Source: Guillardia theta CCMP2712 (lineage: Eukaryota; Protista; Cryptophyta). Taken from it: 63,960 bases of DNA. The DNA is taken from the NCBI RefSeq assembly GCF_000315625.1, contig NW_005434666.1, positions 124,001 through 187,960 of the forward strand. Reading direction: 5' to 3'. Below, piece after piece: positions 1 to 14,300 of this stretch. The notes under the pieces are model-generated. The model did no database searches. It saw only the letters and a program-made list of their open reading frames with translations, and was not told where the DNA came from. Within the stretch, counting starts at the first letter, position 1. The number at the start of each line of letters is the position of its first letter. The translations under genes and the position numbers were made by a program.

Positions 1-3000
1 AACAGGGAGGACACGCATTGGATGCTGTAGGAGCCTGCCGCCTGCTGCGACTGAACCGCGGAGCTGCATCGCGGGTTACGGTGAAAGCTCAGCTGAGGGA
101 GTTGGCAGACCTGAGGAACTGAAGTATGTCGTTGCTGAGCATGTCCACTCGCAAGAACGCGTTGAGGAGCATCGAGACCTCTGCCGCGGCAGAGCAGAGC
201 AAGGAGGAGAGGGTCAGCAGTCGGTGCTCGAAGCCGGGCAACGGCCATGGCAAGGGCTCACCCTGTGGGCTCAGCTCGTCGAGGTCGAGCTGCTGGACGA
301 CCTTGGAGATGTGCTGGAAGAGATTCTGGTCGAAGAATTGGAGGCGGATGAACGAGGTGATGAGAGAGGAGATAGTCTTGGAATCTGCATCCCACAAGCT
401 CCGTTTCGACCTGTTGAGGTCCGACAAGATGTTTCTGTTGGGCAAGAATCATGCGCGAAAAGGCAGCTTTGAGGAGGAAGTGAAGGAAAGGATGGGGGAA
501 AGAGAAGACAGCTGGAGGAGGGAGGGAGGAGGGAGGAGGGAGGAGAGTAGGATAGGCAGGCATCCAGGTGAAAGATAGCAAAGAGACATCAGGAATCATT
601 TAGAACCGAACTTGATGAAAGGGGGAAGGGAACAATCAAGACATTGTGACCTCCCAACAATCTCTGACTGAAACGTCTTGCTCGCTTCTAGCAAAAACCT
701 TTCATCCTTGAGATCCACCCTGGCCATACTTTCCAAGACTGAGGCCAAGGAGCTGCGATTCAAGTTAGGGGATCAGCACAGTACACGGGAATGAACAACG
801 TTGGATGCTTCTGTTCCGCAGGCAGATTTCGGTACAACTTGACCGTCAGCCTCCATCTGTCGATCCAGGGTGAGATGAGGTCGGAGGAGGATGAAATCGC
901 ACATGTTTTCATCTCTAACATTCGCACGGGCAAGAGCTTGAGAAACCAGCACTATCGTGCCTGCCATGTCCCTCTTTGACACCGCTCCTCCTCCTCCTCC
1001 CTGGAGGCTCGTCCTCTTGCCGCCCTCCTCACCATCCTCCCACCTGGCAAGAAGACACGAATGACCAGGAGCAAGATGAATCAAGTCCCTTGCGAAAATC
1101 AAATCATCTTACCATTCGTTCAACAATGTCGTGATGCGCGCCAACAGCAGGTCGGTGACAGCCCTGATCCTCCGAAGCTTGTCCTCCTCCTCATCAGCTC
1201 CGCCTCCAACCTCTTGCCCGTGCGCGAAGGAAGCAAGCAGCTTGCACCCGAGCTCGAGAGAAACGTCTTTCATCTTCCCCTTCTCAACCCACGACATCAC
1301 CACATCTTCAATCCTTTCACAGAGCCTCTCAGGAAGTGCCAAAGGACTGAGTTACAAGGAACCTGTGCACTGAAGAGGCGACCGAGGAGGAGTCCGGATG
1401 GGATTTCAGACCGTTGATCATCGTGTTCAGGCTGAGAATTTGCACGACCTGCAATCTTGACCGGTCGCTCCCATGGATGATCTTGCTAAGCTTCTCCACT
1501 GACTCCTTCTCAATCATTCTGAGCTTCGCAATCGCACCTCCTATGATGATTGCCTCCTGCCAGCCGGTCATCCTCGTTACGAGGGCAAGAAAACTTACGT
1601 CAGGAGAGAGCTTGCCAGAGTCGCAGAGGGCCAGGAGGTGTCGGTGCAAGTCTGACTGAAACCCGTCCTCCACCTTGGCGGTAAGCCGAGCGATTGCGCT
1701 CATGATGGAGGCAAGGTCTTGCGAGGAGACCCAGGAGAACGCGAACGCTCGCATGCAAGTCTCGAGCTTCTTGACAGCCTCAAGCGAGCATTGCCCACTC
1801 TTGGCCAGCGCAGAGAAGGTTGAACTTGTCTCTCGTCCTCTTGGCGGCTTGTTGGTTGAGATGGCATCGTCGAGGTGACGGATGAAATCCTGTTCCATGT
1901 GCCTCCAGAGTTCTGTATCAAGAACTCCTGCTTGCAGGAAGGAAATAGCTGAGAATACCCTTAGACACATGTGACGTGTTAGATGGATCATATACCGAAT
2001 GAGGACAGCGAGTAAGGGTCCAAGCTTGAATTGACAACTGCTGCTTTCATTTTCTTGATTATTTTGTTCCCTCCCAGATGCTTGAGCTTCACCATGCTGC
2101 GGCACTTCAAAAAAAGTCATCTCGCAGTGAAAGGGGCACAACAACAGCAGACATGGGTCGAGAGCGATCTAGCAGACATCTCGGACATCTCGTGGTTTTC
2201 GATCGCCAGGAGCAGATAGCGGAAGACAGCAGGCGCAAGCGACTCGCAACGGAGGAAGGACGAGGTGCACTCCATCAACTCCTGATAAAGAGGATGATTC
2301 GTAGAAGGCAGGATCGATAGCAAGCACCTTGAGGGAGAAGGAAGACGAGGAAATCGACATTACACAGCTTGCAAGATGTTCAAAGTGACTTCGGTCAATC
2401 AGGCCAAGCTTTGCGTAAGAACTTGCAATAGTCGAGATGGACTGACTGGTCATGTTTGTTGTTGGAAAGCTTATTGATACCTGTGTGCAGCGCTCAGATC
2501 TTCTGCAACAATGATGGAGATTGAATTCACGCACAGACCTCAATCAACAAGGTGAGGAGCCTTTGATCTTTCAGGTTCAAATTGGCCAAAGAGTTAACAA
2601 TATTTGAAACTGCCTGAGCGTCGAATGATTCTGCAAGAAGAACCATCACAAGGATTCTGTCTTTCTCAAAAACACACTCATCACCTTTGTTGCAGGCCAA
2701 AAGTCGATCAATGAGATGATTGAACACGCTTGAAGACCGAATTTTGTTCCGACTGTTAGAATCCGCGTCATTTGTAGGGCAATTTACAGGGCAGGATCGT
2801 TTCCTGTAAACGTGGAGGATCAGACCAACTTGTATGGGGTTGTAATCCCTGATGTCCAGCAACACCTAGTTTGGAAAAAGATTCAAACAGGGACCATGGT
2901 CTAGCAGAACCCACAGGCTCCAACATCTTCGCAACGTTGCTGGTGAAACCGTTGCATTTACTGAGGGTGTGGACCAACGTCGCTAAGCTACGAGCATCGA

Positions 3001-3631
3001 ACATGCTGGACTTCTCCAACCTCTCATCGTCTCCGAGCTCAACATATCTCAGGCAGAGAGCTCGCAGACGATTGATGATCAATTGCCGCATGCCAGTACT
3101 CGACATGTCGTTCTCAAACAGTATCATGAAGAGCAGTGACAGGTCGGAGGCGTCGAAGCTTGTTATCTCTGACTTGATCACATCCAAGTAACCTTGCTTC
3201 AAAGACTCCAGAGACACTGGATCCCCTGACTTATCCCTTGACGGAACCTCTTCCTCTGACCGAATCTCACGGATGATCTTGATGAACTCCGTTCTGTTGG
3301 ATCGTGCGTGAGCAAGCAGGGCTTGTTCGTCTTGCAAAGCTTTCATCAGCAATGCTGCATCTACTGGAGCAAGCTCCCTCCCTCCCTCCGACTCGCCCTC
3401 TTCCCCTGTCGCTGCTGCTGCTCGTAGCTGAAACCTTGCTAGCGCCGACCTTGAGGTTTTCGAAAATCCCGAGAAATGGCTGATCTTGGGAGCCAGCAAA
3501 GCATATCTAGGTGTACGAGATGTATGGATGCTTGGCACCATTCTTAGCTGCAAACAAACTCTCCATGCGGATACACGCAGAGGGGCACAACATGACCCAA
3601 TCAACCATAGAAGTAATGCTGGGAACTTCAT
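1..3631 (-). CDS. Multi-exon helical-repeat RNA-binding protein (HPR/OPR/FASTK-like), predicted plastid-targeted; 3' end runs off the window
   Basis: Exon-derived ORFs (2768-3631, 2527-2865, 2169-2543, 1329-2144, 1109-1342, 89-445) carry recurring helical motifs: FDASDLSLL, FDARSLATLVHTLSK, FDAQAVSNIVNSLANLNLKD, TSQSISTIASSYAKLGLID, SSQDLASIMSAIARL, DSKTISSLITSFIRL. The N-terminus MKFPALLLWLIGSCCAPLRVSA|W is followed by a Ser/Arg-rich transit-like segment. Confidence 0.7.
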
Positions 3632-3999
3632 CGAAGAATATCAAAATGTCACGCTAAGTCTCTACATAACACTATCAGCTTCCTGAGATCAAGCGCCATC
3701 GAATATTTTTGCATCCTCTTGTCGCGGGTAATGGTCTGTGACATTAGACTCTCTGTCGTTGTGAGACGAGAGAGAAGCGAGCGGAGGGACGTCCGCTCTC
3801 CCTTGTATCCCCCTACCTCCTTCTCGAGCTCATTTTCGTTCTTGCTCTCGGTTCTTCTACCCAAGAATCCTCCCTCCTCTCTCTCTCTCTCTCTCCCGCA
3901 AGCTATTTTTCTCCCTCCCGATGCGTCCAATCGAGTTCGGCAGCTGATCCTAATTTTACTCAACAACGGGCCTAGGGTCTCAAATTTTACTCATCAAAA

Positions 4000-4100
4000 T
4001 GCCGGGACCCCGGCCGGGCCGGGTGGCCGGACAGGCGGCATCAGTGCAGTGCCGGGCCTGATGAACTTAGATGATACTGGCCCGGGCAAGTTCAAGTTTA
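4000..4100. promoter_or_regulatory. CpG/CCGG-rich island in divergent spacer
   Basis: Dense ccgg/gccgg/cccggg runs between head-to-head genes; same character as 40460-40980, 51855-52175 and 60575-60965. Confidence 0.35.
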
Positions 4101-5334
4101 CCTCGCGCCCACCCGTTACTTGACACACAGAGAGGGGGGTAGGGGGTCATGCTGAATCCCGCAACTTCTGGGAACGTTCGGCAAAAAGTTGACCTGATGT
4201 TGTAAAAATCAACGTTCATCGTTTATGGAGGGTACTAGGTGGGCAAAGCTCCTCTAGTACCCGGTTGTCAAAGCAGCCATCAATGGGTTGCCGTCCAAGA
4301 AGTGCTGTTGGTAAGGGGTAGGGGTAGAGCATCACCCCCGGATAATTTGCCAGAAGAGAAATCACTCCATGGGGGTGGTTTGGAGTCTTTCATAGGGTAC
4401 AGTGGGCGTAGGGTCAGGTTGGGGTGGTTCCCGGTCCGTTACCCTATCTCCTTCACAAAACTCCTTTTATGATCTAAAATAGTTTAAACTGTACCATCCT
4501 TTCGATGTAAAATGTTGTAATTAAACTAATAAAGGACACGGTTAGGATAGGCACATCAGGCCCTAGGAAGGATAGCTAGTAATCAAAGGTTCCTAGGACC
4601 CGAAGGAGTCACTGGAACACTGAGGGGATGGGGTGTTGGACGGTGCTCTCCATTGTTGGAGGGGGTGGGGGTCGACGGGGATGACTCGATCGGAGGGGTA
4701 GGAGGTACGTGGTCAGACCACGGTCTTGTAAAAGGTAGGGTAGTTTGTGGTATCAAGACCGGTGTCTATGTCATCGTGAACTTTCGAGGAGTGAGGGTGA
4801 TAAGCTCAGATAGTTTTGACAAAATCCAGGGGGTGGGGGTTCAACAAGCCGACTTCAATGCACTCGCTTGATGTTGGAGGTAGAGGGATGAAGTGCGAAG
4901 ATAGAGAGACAGGCAAGGAGATAGAATCAGACTAGGACTTGAGATGTAAGGTTACTATGACTTAGGAAGGAAGAGGACGCGAATGCTTGAAGTTTCATGC
5001 GTTGGCGAAAGAAATAGTTGATCATGGAGCACAGCAGGGTCGATGAGCGATTGAGCGCAGAATGAATCTTAGAATCAGAACAGGTTTACAACATGACGTG
5101 TCGATACATATCATTCTTATCTCTTGAAATTGCGACGCTTGATGCAGCTTGGACTCGATTACTGACGCAGAGACGCTTCCTTCAATTTGACTGATTTCGA
5201 TATTCTTACGCAGGTCTCATCTTATCCAAAAGGCAACAAACTATCATTCGGATATTCAAAGCACGTTTTTGGACCTTTTATATCAAATTCATGCGCGTGC
5301 TGCAAAGCACGGAAATGGTCGTTCTTTTCTTGAC

Positions 5335-8300
5335 ATGAAAACATCCACCAATCACAGAAAGGTGTTACACATGACGCGGGTCTCCCTCCTCCTTCTGTTC
5401 ATCTTCGAGCAGATTGTTCTCACCTCCTGCCAAACATGCTTGACTACGCAAATCAATACTTGCAACCAGACAGATGTCTCAACAGTTGCAGGGGATCCTT
5501 TCACAATGATACTAAGGCTTTCCGATGCTTTCACATCAAGTTGTGGTTCAACATGTGATCCGAACTTGGTGGACGCATACATTGGTGGGCAGCGGGCTGA
5601 AGTGAGTTACATCAAAAATGCGCCATCGTATTTTCAGTTGCTATGGGGAAACGGTCTGAATACAAAGGGATTTTTCAACATCACGTGCAAGTTGAATCAA
5701 CAGGACGTCACCAACTCACCGTACCCTTTGACAGTCACAGCAGCGGCAGAGGATCTGACTCAAGCCATCCTGCAAGACTTGGTTTCTAGTGCAGTGGTCA
5801 ACAGCACAGTGACCTTGTAAGCAATCTCAACCTCTCTGTGCTCCTGCGTTTCCTCACCTTTGCACGTTTTGCAGTTCCCTACAGAGTCGAGATCAGTTTG
5901 GGAATGATGTTTCTAGCTCTCAGTTGTCCGTTCTGTTCACCTCTGCGACGCTTCAAGGGAACGCAGCTTACGTGGGCAATGGGAAGTATCAAATCTCGTT
6001 CAGAAGCACACTCTCCGGAAGTTACACCTTAAGCATTTCAGTATCTTCGGGAACTTCTACAAGAGTGATCTCGCCCAAGGTGCGGAAATAAAGCAAGGTG
6101 TGCTTGGGAGTCCCTGCCTTGACCTTATTTTCAGTTTGAATACCTGCCCGGCAATCCTGACATCAACAAATTTTCCATCTCCCCCGTGTCCCTTGCCACG
6201 GCTGGAATCAACATTGTGGTCCCTGTTTTTGCTCGGGACACCTTTGGAAATCTCATCTCCTCTAGCGTGCATGCTGACTACTCGCTCTCTGTAGCGCGAG
6301 GTGGGGTCACGCAGGTAAGGAGAGAGTACGAGAGGAGGGAGAGGAATGATACGGTGCGGGCAGGCCGTCATCTCCTCCGAGAGTACAGCAGGAGGGCAAA
6401 TGGGCGTCTCGTTTCTGCTTACCCTTGCAGCACAGTACAGCGTGCTTATCATGGGCAACGGGACGGAGCTGCAAGGAACTCCATTCAGCATCTCCGTCAT
6501 CCCCGCGATAATCAGCGGGCAGCAATGCATCGTTACCGTAAGCCGAACTCCTTCTTCGATTCCTCCTCCTAAGCACGGCGATCAATGCAGGGGACTGCGC
6601 TGACCTCCACGATGGCGGGAAAGCAGGCAGGGATGGTGATTCAGGCTGTCGATCAGTATGGGAACCAGAGAACAGACGGAGGAGTCAACTTCTTCTTCGC
6701 AGCTGAGGGCCCGCTGGAGAGGGCAACGAGCAACCGAGCCCAATGCAGTGACAGGTGCTGGTAGACGAGGTTTGTGAGCAGCCGCCGTTGACACTTCCAG
6801 CAGTTCTGCCGGCTCCTGCGGCATCACCCGCCAGCAGACAGCAGGTTCGTGCTCTGTCACCTTTACGCTCACCATCGCTGGGACGTACTCTGTCTCCCTC
6901 AACCTTGTCGGCGATTACACCGGAGGGAGCACAATCGGCTCTAGCCCGTACAACATCACCATCCAGCCCAACACAGACACGCTTCCAGGCTTCGTTGCCG
7001 TCGACCCCATCACGGCCTCGGTGAGCTTGCATCCTGCTGTCAAGGCCCATGAACTGACAGCCTTGCCCAGTCTCTTGCTGGGGTTCCTTTGAACTTGAAT
7101 CTGCACGAGTCAGATCAGTACGGCAACGAGAGGAACTGTACTTCGATCAGACTCAACGGATTCTCTTTCACTTCACCGACCTCAGGCTCGTCGTTCTCCG
7201 GTACCTTGTCGACTTGAGATTCTCCCTTTGCTCACACTCCCTCCCCTCCCTTAGCCTCCACCGCCTTCGTCGGCACCTCCGATCAAGTCTGTGTCGTCTC
7301 TCTGTCGATGACCAACGCTGGAAGCTACGCACCACTGCTGAGCATCCTCGGACAGTCGATCGCCTCAACCAAGATCAACATCTCCATCTTTGCTGGTCCC
7401 ATCGGCAACGTCTACACCAGTGTGGTGAACAAGCTGAGCTCGGGCGAGAGTTTCGATGCCAGCCAAGGGTTCGTGGACGCCATGGTGAACGGAGACTTCG
7501 TTCCCCAGCAGTACACCAATCGGTTTCCCTTGCAGACGTTCGACAGGTGATGGTCGCGCTGATCTGTGTCTTTGCGATCGAGCCTGCCTGTGTTGCTTGT
7601 TTGTGTATCATCGTACATGTGACATTTCATTCCATGTTGATATGGATTGTCCATATGAATTATGCTGGTATATTTTTGGGCTGACGGTCTTCCGTCAAGG
7701 TACGGTAACGTTCTCAAGAGAGGAGGGTTTGCCGCAAACATCTCCGTCAACGTCAGCTCGCAGATGTTTCCGTACTCAATAAGGGGAAGCGTTGCTGATC
7801 TTGAAGATGGCTATTACATGGTGTCATATACAACAACTGTCTCTGGCGGGTGAGATGATATGTTGATGACTTATTCTTGCGATCTCTCTTCCTTTTCCCC
7901 TTTATCCTCCTCCTCCTCCTCCTCCTCCTCCTCCTCCTCCTCCTCCTCCTCTTGCCCTACATCATCAGTAAAAGATTGATGTTGTCTTCAGATACCAGAT
8001 ATTCATCGATGTGGACGGCAACAGCATCAAGAACACTCCTTTCCAGGCCCTCATCCTCAGTGGGGCGATAGAAAGCTCTCAGTGCTACGCCTGCTTGCTC
8101 GACTCCACTGGCTGCAGGCGAGGGCAGCGAGGGGACCGGGATGCGACCTGTACCAGAAGTCTGAAAGCTGTCGGAGAGGAGGTTCTGCTGTGTGCTGAAG
8201 CTTCGCAAGTCACTCCTGCTTCACTCTATGTGAGGTTGGCAGACAGGTACTCAGCCCTTCACTACTCTCCTCCGTAGCTCTCCTTTATGCGCCTGCTGCT

Positions 8301-11300
8301 ATCCTAATCACTTTCCATACCCTCTGTTCCTCTCCTCCCCTCCATCCTCCGAGTTTTCATTGCTCACTCTCATACTTGCCTCTATCAGGTTCGGAAACGA
8401 CATCACAGACAAGAGGGAACTCAATCTGATCAGATACTCCGTCTCCTTTTCTTCCTCCTCTGTCCAACCCAAGGTCTTCAACAATATCCTCTGCTTCCTC
8501 GACGGAGCAGGCTGTTCCTCTGCCACCTTGCTGGACGCCACCAACATAGACAGCCTGGGAGGATTCATCGGCCAGTCTGCGAACTGGCTGTACCCAGTCT
8601 CCTTCGTCGGCTCAGTGAGCGGCAGCTACTCCCTTGAAATCCTCCTCGGATCCAAGAACGCGTCCGGTCAGGCTCACTTCAGCAGCATTTCTCAGTCCGT
8701 CGTCAGGGCGGAGGTCCTTCCGTCCTCCCCTTGCTCCTCCTACTCGGTTGCAGCTGGGAGCTCCCTCTCCCTCTCCACTGCTGGGCATCAGTCGACCTTC
8801 CTCATCCTGACAAGAGATGCATTCAACAATGATCGCGTGGTATATCATCTGTTGTTCTTGCATCCTGCCCTGCCCTGCCCTGCCCTGCCCTGCCCAGCTC
8901 TCCACTCCTGTCCCCTGCCTCGTTCCCCCTCTGCTTCTTCATCGTTCACCTCTTCATCACCAACCTCATCATCATGACGCACTAACTGCTCTTCAGGGCA
9001 TCGTGAAAGCTCTGGACGCTGAGATCAGCTTGTTCGACTTTTCTCTGCTCGGCCCTTCTCCGGATGCTCAGACTCTCATGACTCCTGGGCAATCTGCTCC
9101 CTTCATCATCGGACAGGTTAAGAACGAGTCAGGTACTTGCTCCTCTCACTCTGCTCCACTCTCACTCTGCTCCTCTCACTCTGCTCCTGCCTCCTTGCTC
9201 CTCCCCCGCACTTGCTGCTAGTTGAGACTTCTTACCCTCGTGCTTCTCCCTTCTCGCACAAAATCTACTCCACTTCTTCATTCCTCCATCCCTCGCTCCC
9301 TCCATCCTCCATCCTCCTTCCTCGCTACTTGAGTCTAAATCTCTCCTCCCTCCTACCTCACACCTTCTGGTATCTAAGTCTGTGTACAGGGGGTCTTTTC
9401 TCCGCTTCGTTCTCCTCGACCATTGCAGGAACGTACTCTCTCCGCCTCAAGCTTGGCGGCCAACATCTGGTCAATAGTCCCTTCACCCTGCAAGTCAACC
9501 CAGCTCCCGCCAGCCCCAACTCCAGTAGAGTCGTGTCCTCCCTCCAGCTGACAGTCGTCAGCGGGAAGTTTGCGCCTTTCCTCGTGCAGGCTTACGACCC
9601 TTTCGGCAACCGTATCTTCACATCAGACGACCAGTTCACAGGGGCCATGCCAGACCAGCTCAACGCGCATGTGGAGGTTCAACCCCTGACGCAGGGGCAG
9701 CATAACGTCTCCTTCCTCATGGTACCAGCCGCCTGCTGTCTTGTTCCCTCTCCTCTCCCTCTCCCTCTCCCTCTCCCTCCCTCCCTCTCCTCTCCCTNNN
9801 NNNNNNNNNNNNNNNNNNNNNNNNNNNNNNNNNNNNNNNNNNNNNNNNNNNNNNNNNNNNNNNNNNNNNNNNNNNNNNNNNNNNNNNNNNNNNNNNNCCT
9901 CCCTCCTCCCTCCTCCCTCCCTCCCTCCTCCCTCCCTCCCTCCCTCCCCTCCCTCCTCCCTCCCTCCCTCCCTCCTCCCTCCTCCCTCCTCCCTCCTCCC
10001 CTCCCTCCCTCCTCCCTCCCTCCCTCCCTCCCTCCTCCCTCCTCCCTCCTCCCTCCTCCCTCCTCCCTCCCTCCTCCCTCTGAATCTTCTTCTCCATCTC
10101 CCTCTATCTCCTCTCCCCTCCCCCATCCTCTTCTTCTTCCCTACTCAAATTGTCCATCCTCTCTCTTACTTGTGTCCAGACTCAAGCAGGGCAATACGTC
10201 GCGCACGTTCGTCTTCAGGGCCAGGACATTCTTGACAGCCCCGTCAGCTTCATCGTGGTGGCGGGCCCAGCAGCATCGCAGACAAGCATCGTCAACAGCA
10301 CAGACATCCTTGCCCTTGGCACTGTAGGAGAACACTGGAGGTTTAAGATCCACGGCTTTGATAAGGTAACTTCTCCTCCTCCTTCCCCTCCTCCTCCTCC
10401 TCATTCTCCTCTTCTCCCATCCTCCTCTCTTCCTCCTCGTTCTCTTCCGCTTCCTCTGAATACTGCCCTTCCTTCCCCCCACTCCTCCTCCCCTCCTCTC
10501 CTCCTCTCCCATCCTATCCTCATCCCTCTCTTACCTCCTTGCCTCCTTGTTTCGCGCTCAAGTTTCCCATGACCCACCATACAGTTCTCGAACCTGCGCA
10601 CTACGGGTGACGACCCCTTCTCCGTCCTCGTCTACTCACCCATCTGGGCTGACTGCAGCAACTGCTCCAATTGCTCCCTCCCTGACGGGTCGACGATCAG
10701 CCGATCGGACTGCCTCTCTTCCCCTCCTCGCAACGGCGTCTGCTCGCCTTGCCCAAGTAGGCTTGCAGCTGTCGTCGACCTTTCCATCCCTTCCTCTTGC
10801 TCCCAGGTCCTCCCCCTCCTCGGAGACTTCGGCTGCAAGGGAGGAACGTACCTCGCCGACTTCGTCCCTACCAAGTCAGGGACGTACGCCGTGACTGCGT
10901 TCCTCAGCGGAGCTTCGGTATCGCCTGTCATGTTCACCTTCACTGTCTTCCCCGGCGTTCCAGACCCTGCCTTCTCCAAGGTGGAGCCAGACGGGAAGTC
11001 GCTGACGCTGATCACGGCTGGAGTCCAGCACAGCTTCCTGATCAAAAGCTTCGACAGGTTCATGAACTCCGTCCAGTACTCCCTAAGCAGCTCCTTCCTC
11101 CTTAGTGTGACTCCTTTCCTGTCGTCTCAAGTGCTCCTCGCCTCGTCGACATACGAAGACCTGGGCTCGGGGCTCTTCCGGCAGACCTTCCTCCTGTCGA
11201 TCTCGGGGAGTTACAAAGTGAACGTCTTCCTTGACAGCAAGGCTGTCGTTGGCTCCCCCTTCAACGTCACCGTCATCTCAGCTGGAGTGAACGCCTCCAA

Positions 11301-14300
11301 CAGCATCCCTAGGGGACTTGGCTTCACCCTGGCCACCGCAGGGATGGCAGGGAGCTTCTTCATTCAGACCAGAGACTCGTTTGGGAATTGGAAGACAGCA
11401 GCCTCGGCCGGCAACTGGCAGATCAGCGTCCTACGCTCGTGCGCGGGGCAAGAGGCGACCACGTTCGTCCCTGTTGTCAACGACCTGCAGGATGGAACGT
11501 ACGCCGTAGTCTACACCATCACAGTCAGCGGGAGGTACTGCCTAGTTGGCTCCGACGGCAGCACTCAGCTTTCTGGAACTCCGTCGGAGCTGACGGTCCT
11601 CCCTGGTTCAGCTTCTCCGCACTATGCAGCGCCTTCCGGTTCCGCTCTGTCATCGACTACCGTCGGAGTAGTCTCGTCCTTCCTCATCCAGTCTGCTGAC
11701 ATGTTCGGGAACGTCAAGACGAGAGGAGGAGACGTCTACCAGGTCGAGCTCAAGGGAGGCTGGCGAGTAGCAGCCGACAGCTCTGTGGCGCAGGAAGTGA
11801 CAGTGACGGGGGAGGTCGAGGATAAGGCGGACGGGAGTTACGTGGCCCGGTACCTGACCACCCGCTCGGGATCGTTCGCAGTACACATCTTCCTCCTCTC
11901 GGGCACCGCGGGAGCGAGAGAAGAGATCGACGGGAGCCCTAGAAACATCTCTGTGCTCCCTGGACAGCTCGATATCTCCCACACGGCTGTCTTCTCCTTC
12001 AACGTCGTCAACCCCGCGTTGGCAAGAACCTTATGCAGATCCTTGGTAAGGACAGCTTCGCCAACCCGCTCACCTCCTCCTCCTTCGCTGGCTCCCTCTC
12101 CCTCTCCCTCCAGCTCATCGGGGGAGGTCCTTGGATCCCAGGGAAAGTTTACAACTCCTCTTCAGTTGGGGTGATAACTGGCGAGCTGTTCGTGACGCAA
12201 GCAGGGCTGTACCGCGTCCTCCTCTCCTCCGCGAACGTCAGCGCAGCGGGCTTCCCGCTCAACATCTCTTTCCTCCCCGGCGATCCTACAGTGTCCAACT
12301 TCTTCCCGACCTTCCCGGAGCATGTCGTCTGCACACACCCACAGGGATGCAACAGGACGCGGCGGGTTGCGACAGCAGGAGAGAACAGCGCGTTCATGGT
12401 GACCTCGGTCGATGAGTTCGGCAACATGGGAGATATGCTAGCTCCTCCGCTCCTCCTCACGTACGCAGACAGTTACAGTCCCTCCATCCTCTACAGGAGC
12501 GACAAGTCGGTGGAAGGCGTGTCTACAATCTTAGTCAACATCACCAAGAAAGGGACGTACAACCTGACAGTCGTCGACCTGCAAGGCACCAGCATCCGCC
12601 TCTCTCCCTTCCTCTTCTCTGTCGTCCCCGCAGATCTCTTCCCTCCTCTCTGCACGGCCGTAGGGAACGGCATCACCGTCGGGAGGCTGGAGTTGACGCG
12701 ACTTTCACGATCATAGCAAAAGACAAGTGGGGCAACCAGCGGGAGCATGGGACATGGGATGACATCCAGAAGGAGGTCTGACGAGTCCTTGTCTTGAGTC
12801 CTCCTACTCGACCTGTCAGCCTCCCTGCCATCTTGCTCTGCCCTCCTTCCCTCCCTCTCGCCTTCCGCCTTCGCTTCCCTCCTCCATATCCCTTCTCTTG
12901 CCTCTCTTCCCGCATCCTCTCCTCAGTTTCTTGGCGTACTTTTCTCACATTCTCATATCTCTCTACCTCGCCTTTCACTTCTTGTTCTTGATCTTTCCGC
13001 ACCATCCCACATCATGTCCTGACTCATTCCTCCAGTTTATCGCAGACTTCTTCAGCTCTAGCATGTCCGTCTACACAGCAGCAGGAACAGACGCCTCCCT
13101 CCTCCGCCGCTCCATCCGAGACCAGGAAACAGGAACCTACCTTGCAGCATACCAGGTCACCGCAGCAGGAAGGTACACTGTGGCAGTCTACAGGATAGAA
13201 CGAGGACTCACCAACGACTTCGTTCACATCCTCGGCTCTCCCTTCTCCGTCCTTATCAACCCTGGCCCGGCCTTTCCCGCTAGCATCCTCCTCTCGGGAG
13301 ACAACCTCCTCACAGCCCGTGCAGGGCAGAACGCAAGCTTTTCCCTCCAGTCCTTCGATCGCTTCGGGAACCGCCGCACCCAGGGCAACGATCCTCTTAT
13401 GGCCACCGTCACCCTGACGAGCGGAGGAGGAGCGGTCTTGGTGCAGCAGAACTGCAGCATCAGGAGCGCGGGCTTCGGCAACTACACTCTCTCTTACCGC
13501 CTCACAGTCAGCGGGCAGTATACCCTTCGGGTCACCTGCAACGGCGTGGACGTGGGGGCGGCAAGGCCGATCCGCAGCCCCCTCAGCCTCTTCGTGTTTG
13601 CCAGCAGCGTGTGGGCCCCCCAGACTCTCATCTCCGGGGAGGGATCGAGGGTTTGCACTGTAAACAAGGAGAGTAGCATGACGCTGAATCTGCGCGACAT
13701 GTACGGCAACGTCATCACCAACACCCTCACCTCCCTCGAGCTGTGCGCAGTTGACAGCTGCGACATCAGCCAGGGCGCTGCTTCCCTCCGTCTCGTCTTC
13801 TACAACCTGGGATCAGGTGCTCAGCTCGCTCCCGCGCTGTGCTCGCTGCGCCTTGTTTGCGAGTGTTTTCCGTCCTTTCTCCTCCTCCTCCTCCTCCTCC
13901 TCCTCCTCCTCCCCCATCTTTTCGTTTCCCTCTTCGCCCCCCCCCCTACTTCCCTGCTTTGATACCTGCTCCCTTTGCCTTCTCTTCTGCTAGCCCGGAA
14001 CAATCTCTTCTCACCCAATTCTTCTTATCGCGTGTTTCATCCCATCGTCCTTCCTCATAATCCGCACCCTTCCTGCCTCTCTGCTTCCTCCTACTGCTCC
14101 TTTCTGATCGCCTCCCCGCAGGAACCTCCTACGGAGTCCGTCAGAAGTTCTCACAGACTGTGATCAAGTTCGAGGCAGGGAGCACTCAGCCGATTCCTGT
14201 GGAGTTAAGGCTGAATGAAGACGCCTCTTACTCCATCCAATACACGTTGAGCGAGCAGGGGAACTTTTCAGTGAGCGCCTTGGTGAATGACCAGCATATC

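Noticed and set aside
4058-4155. Possible C/D-box snoRNA (TGATGA...CTGA)
   Set aside because: No convincing terminal stem or recognisable rRNA guide; such short boxes arise by chance.
4130-4900. G-rich tracts as telomeric repeats or a transposon
   Set aside because: No tandem TTAGGG/TTTAGGG array, no terminal inverted repeats or target-site duplications, and no transposase/RT ORF seen.
9137-10601. Pro/Ser/Leu-rich and Gly/Arg/Glu-rich ORFs on both strands (also 28076-28378, 29839-31666, 37619-38369, 53693-54581, 56434-57741, 62728-63341)
   Set aside because: They are translations of stop-free intronic microsatellites, not proteins.
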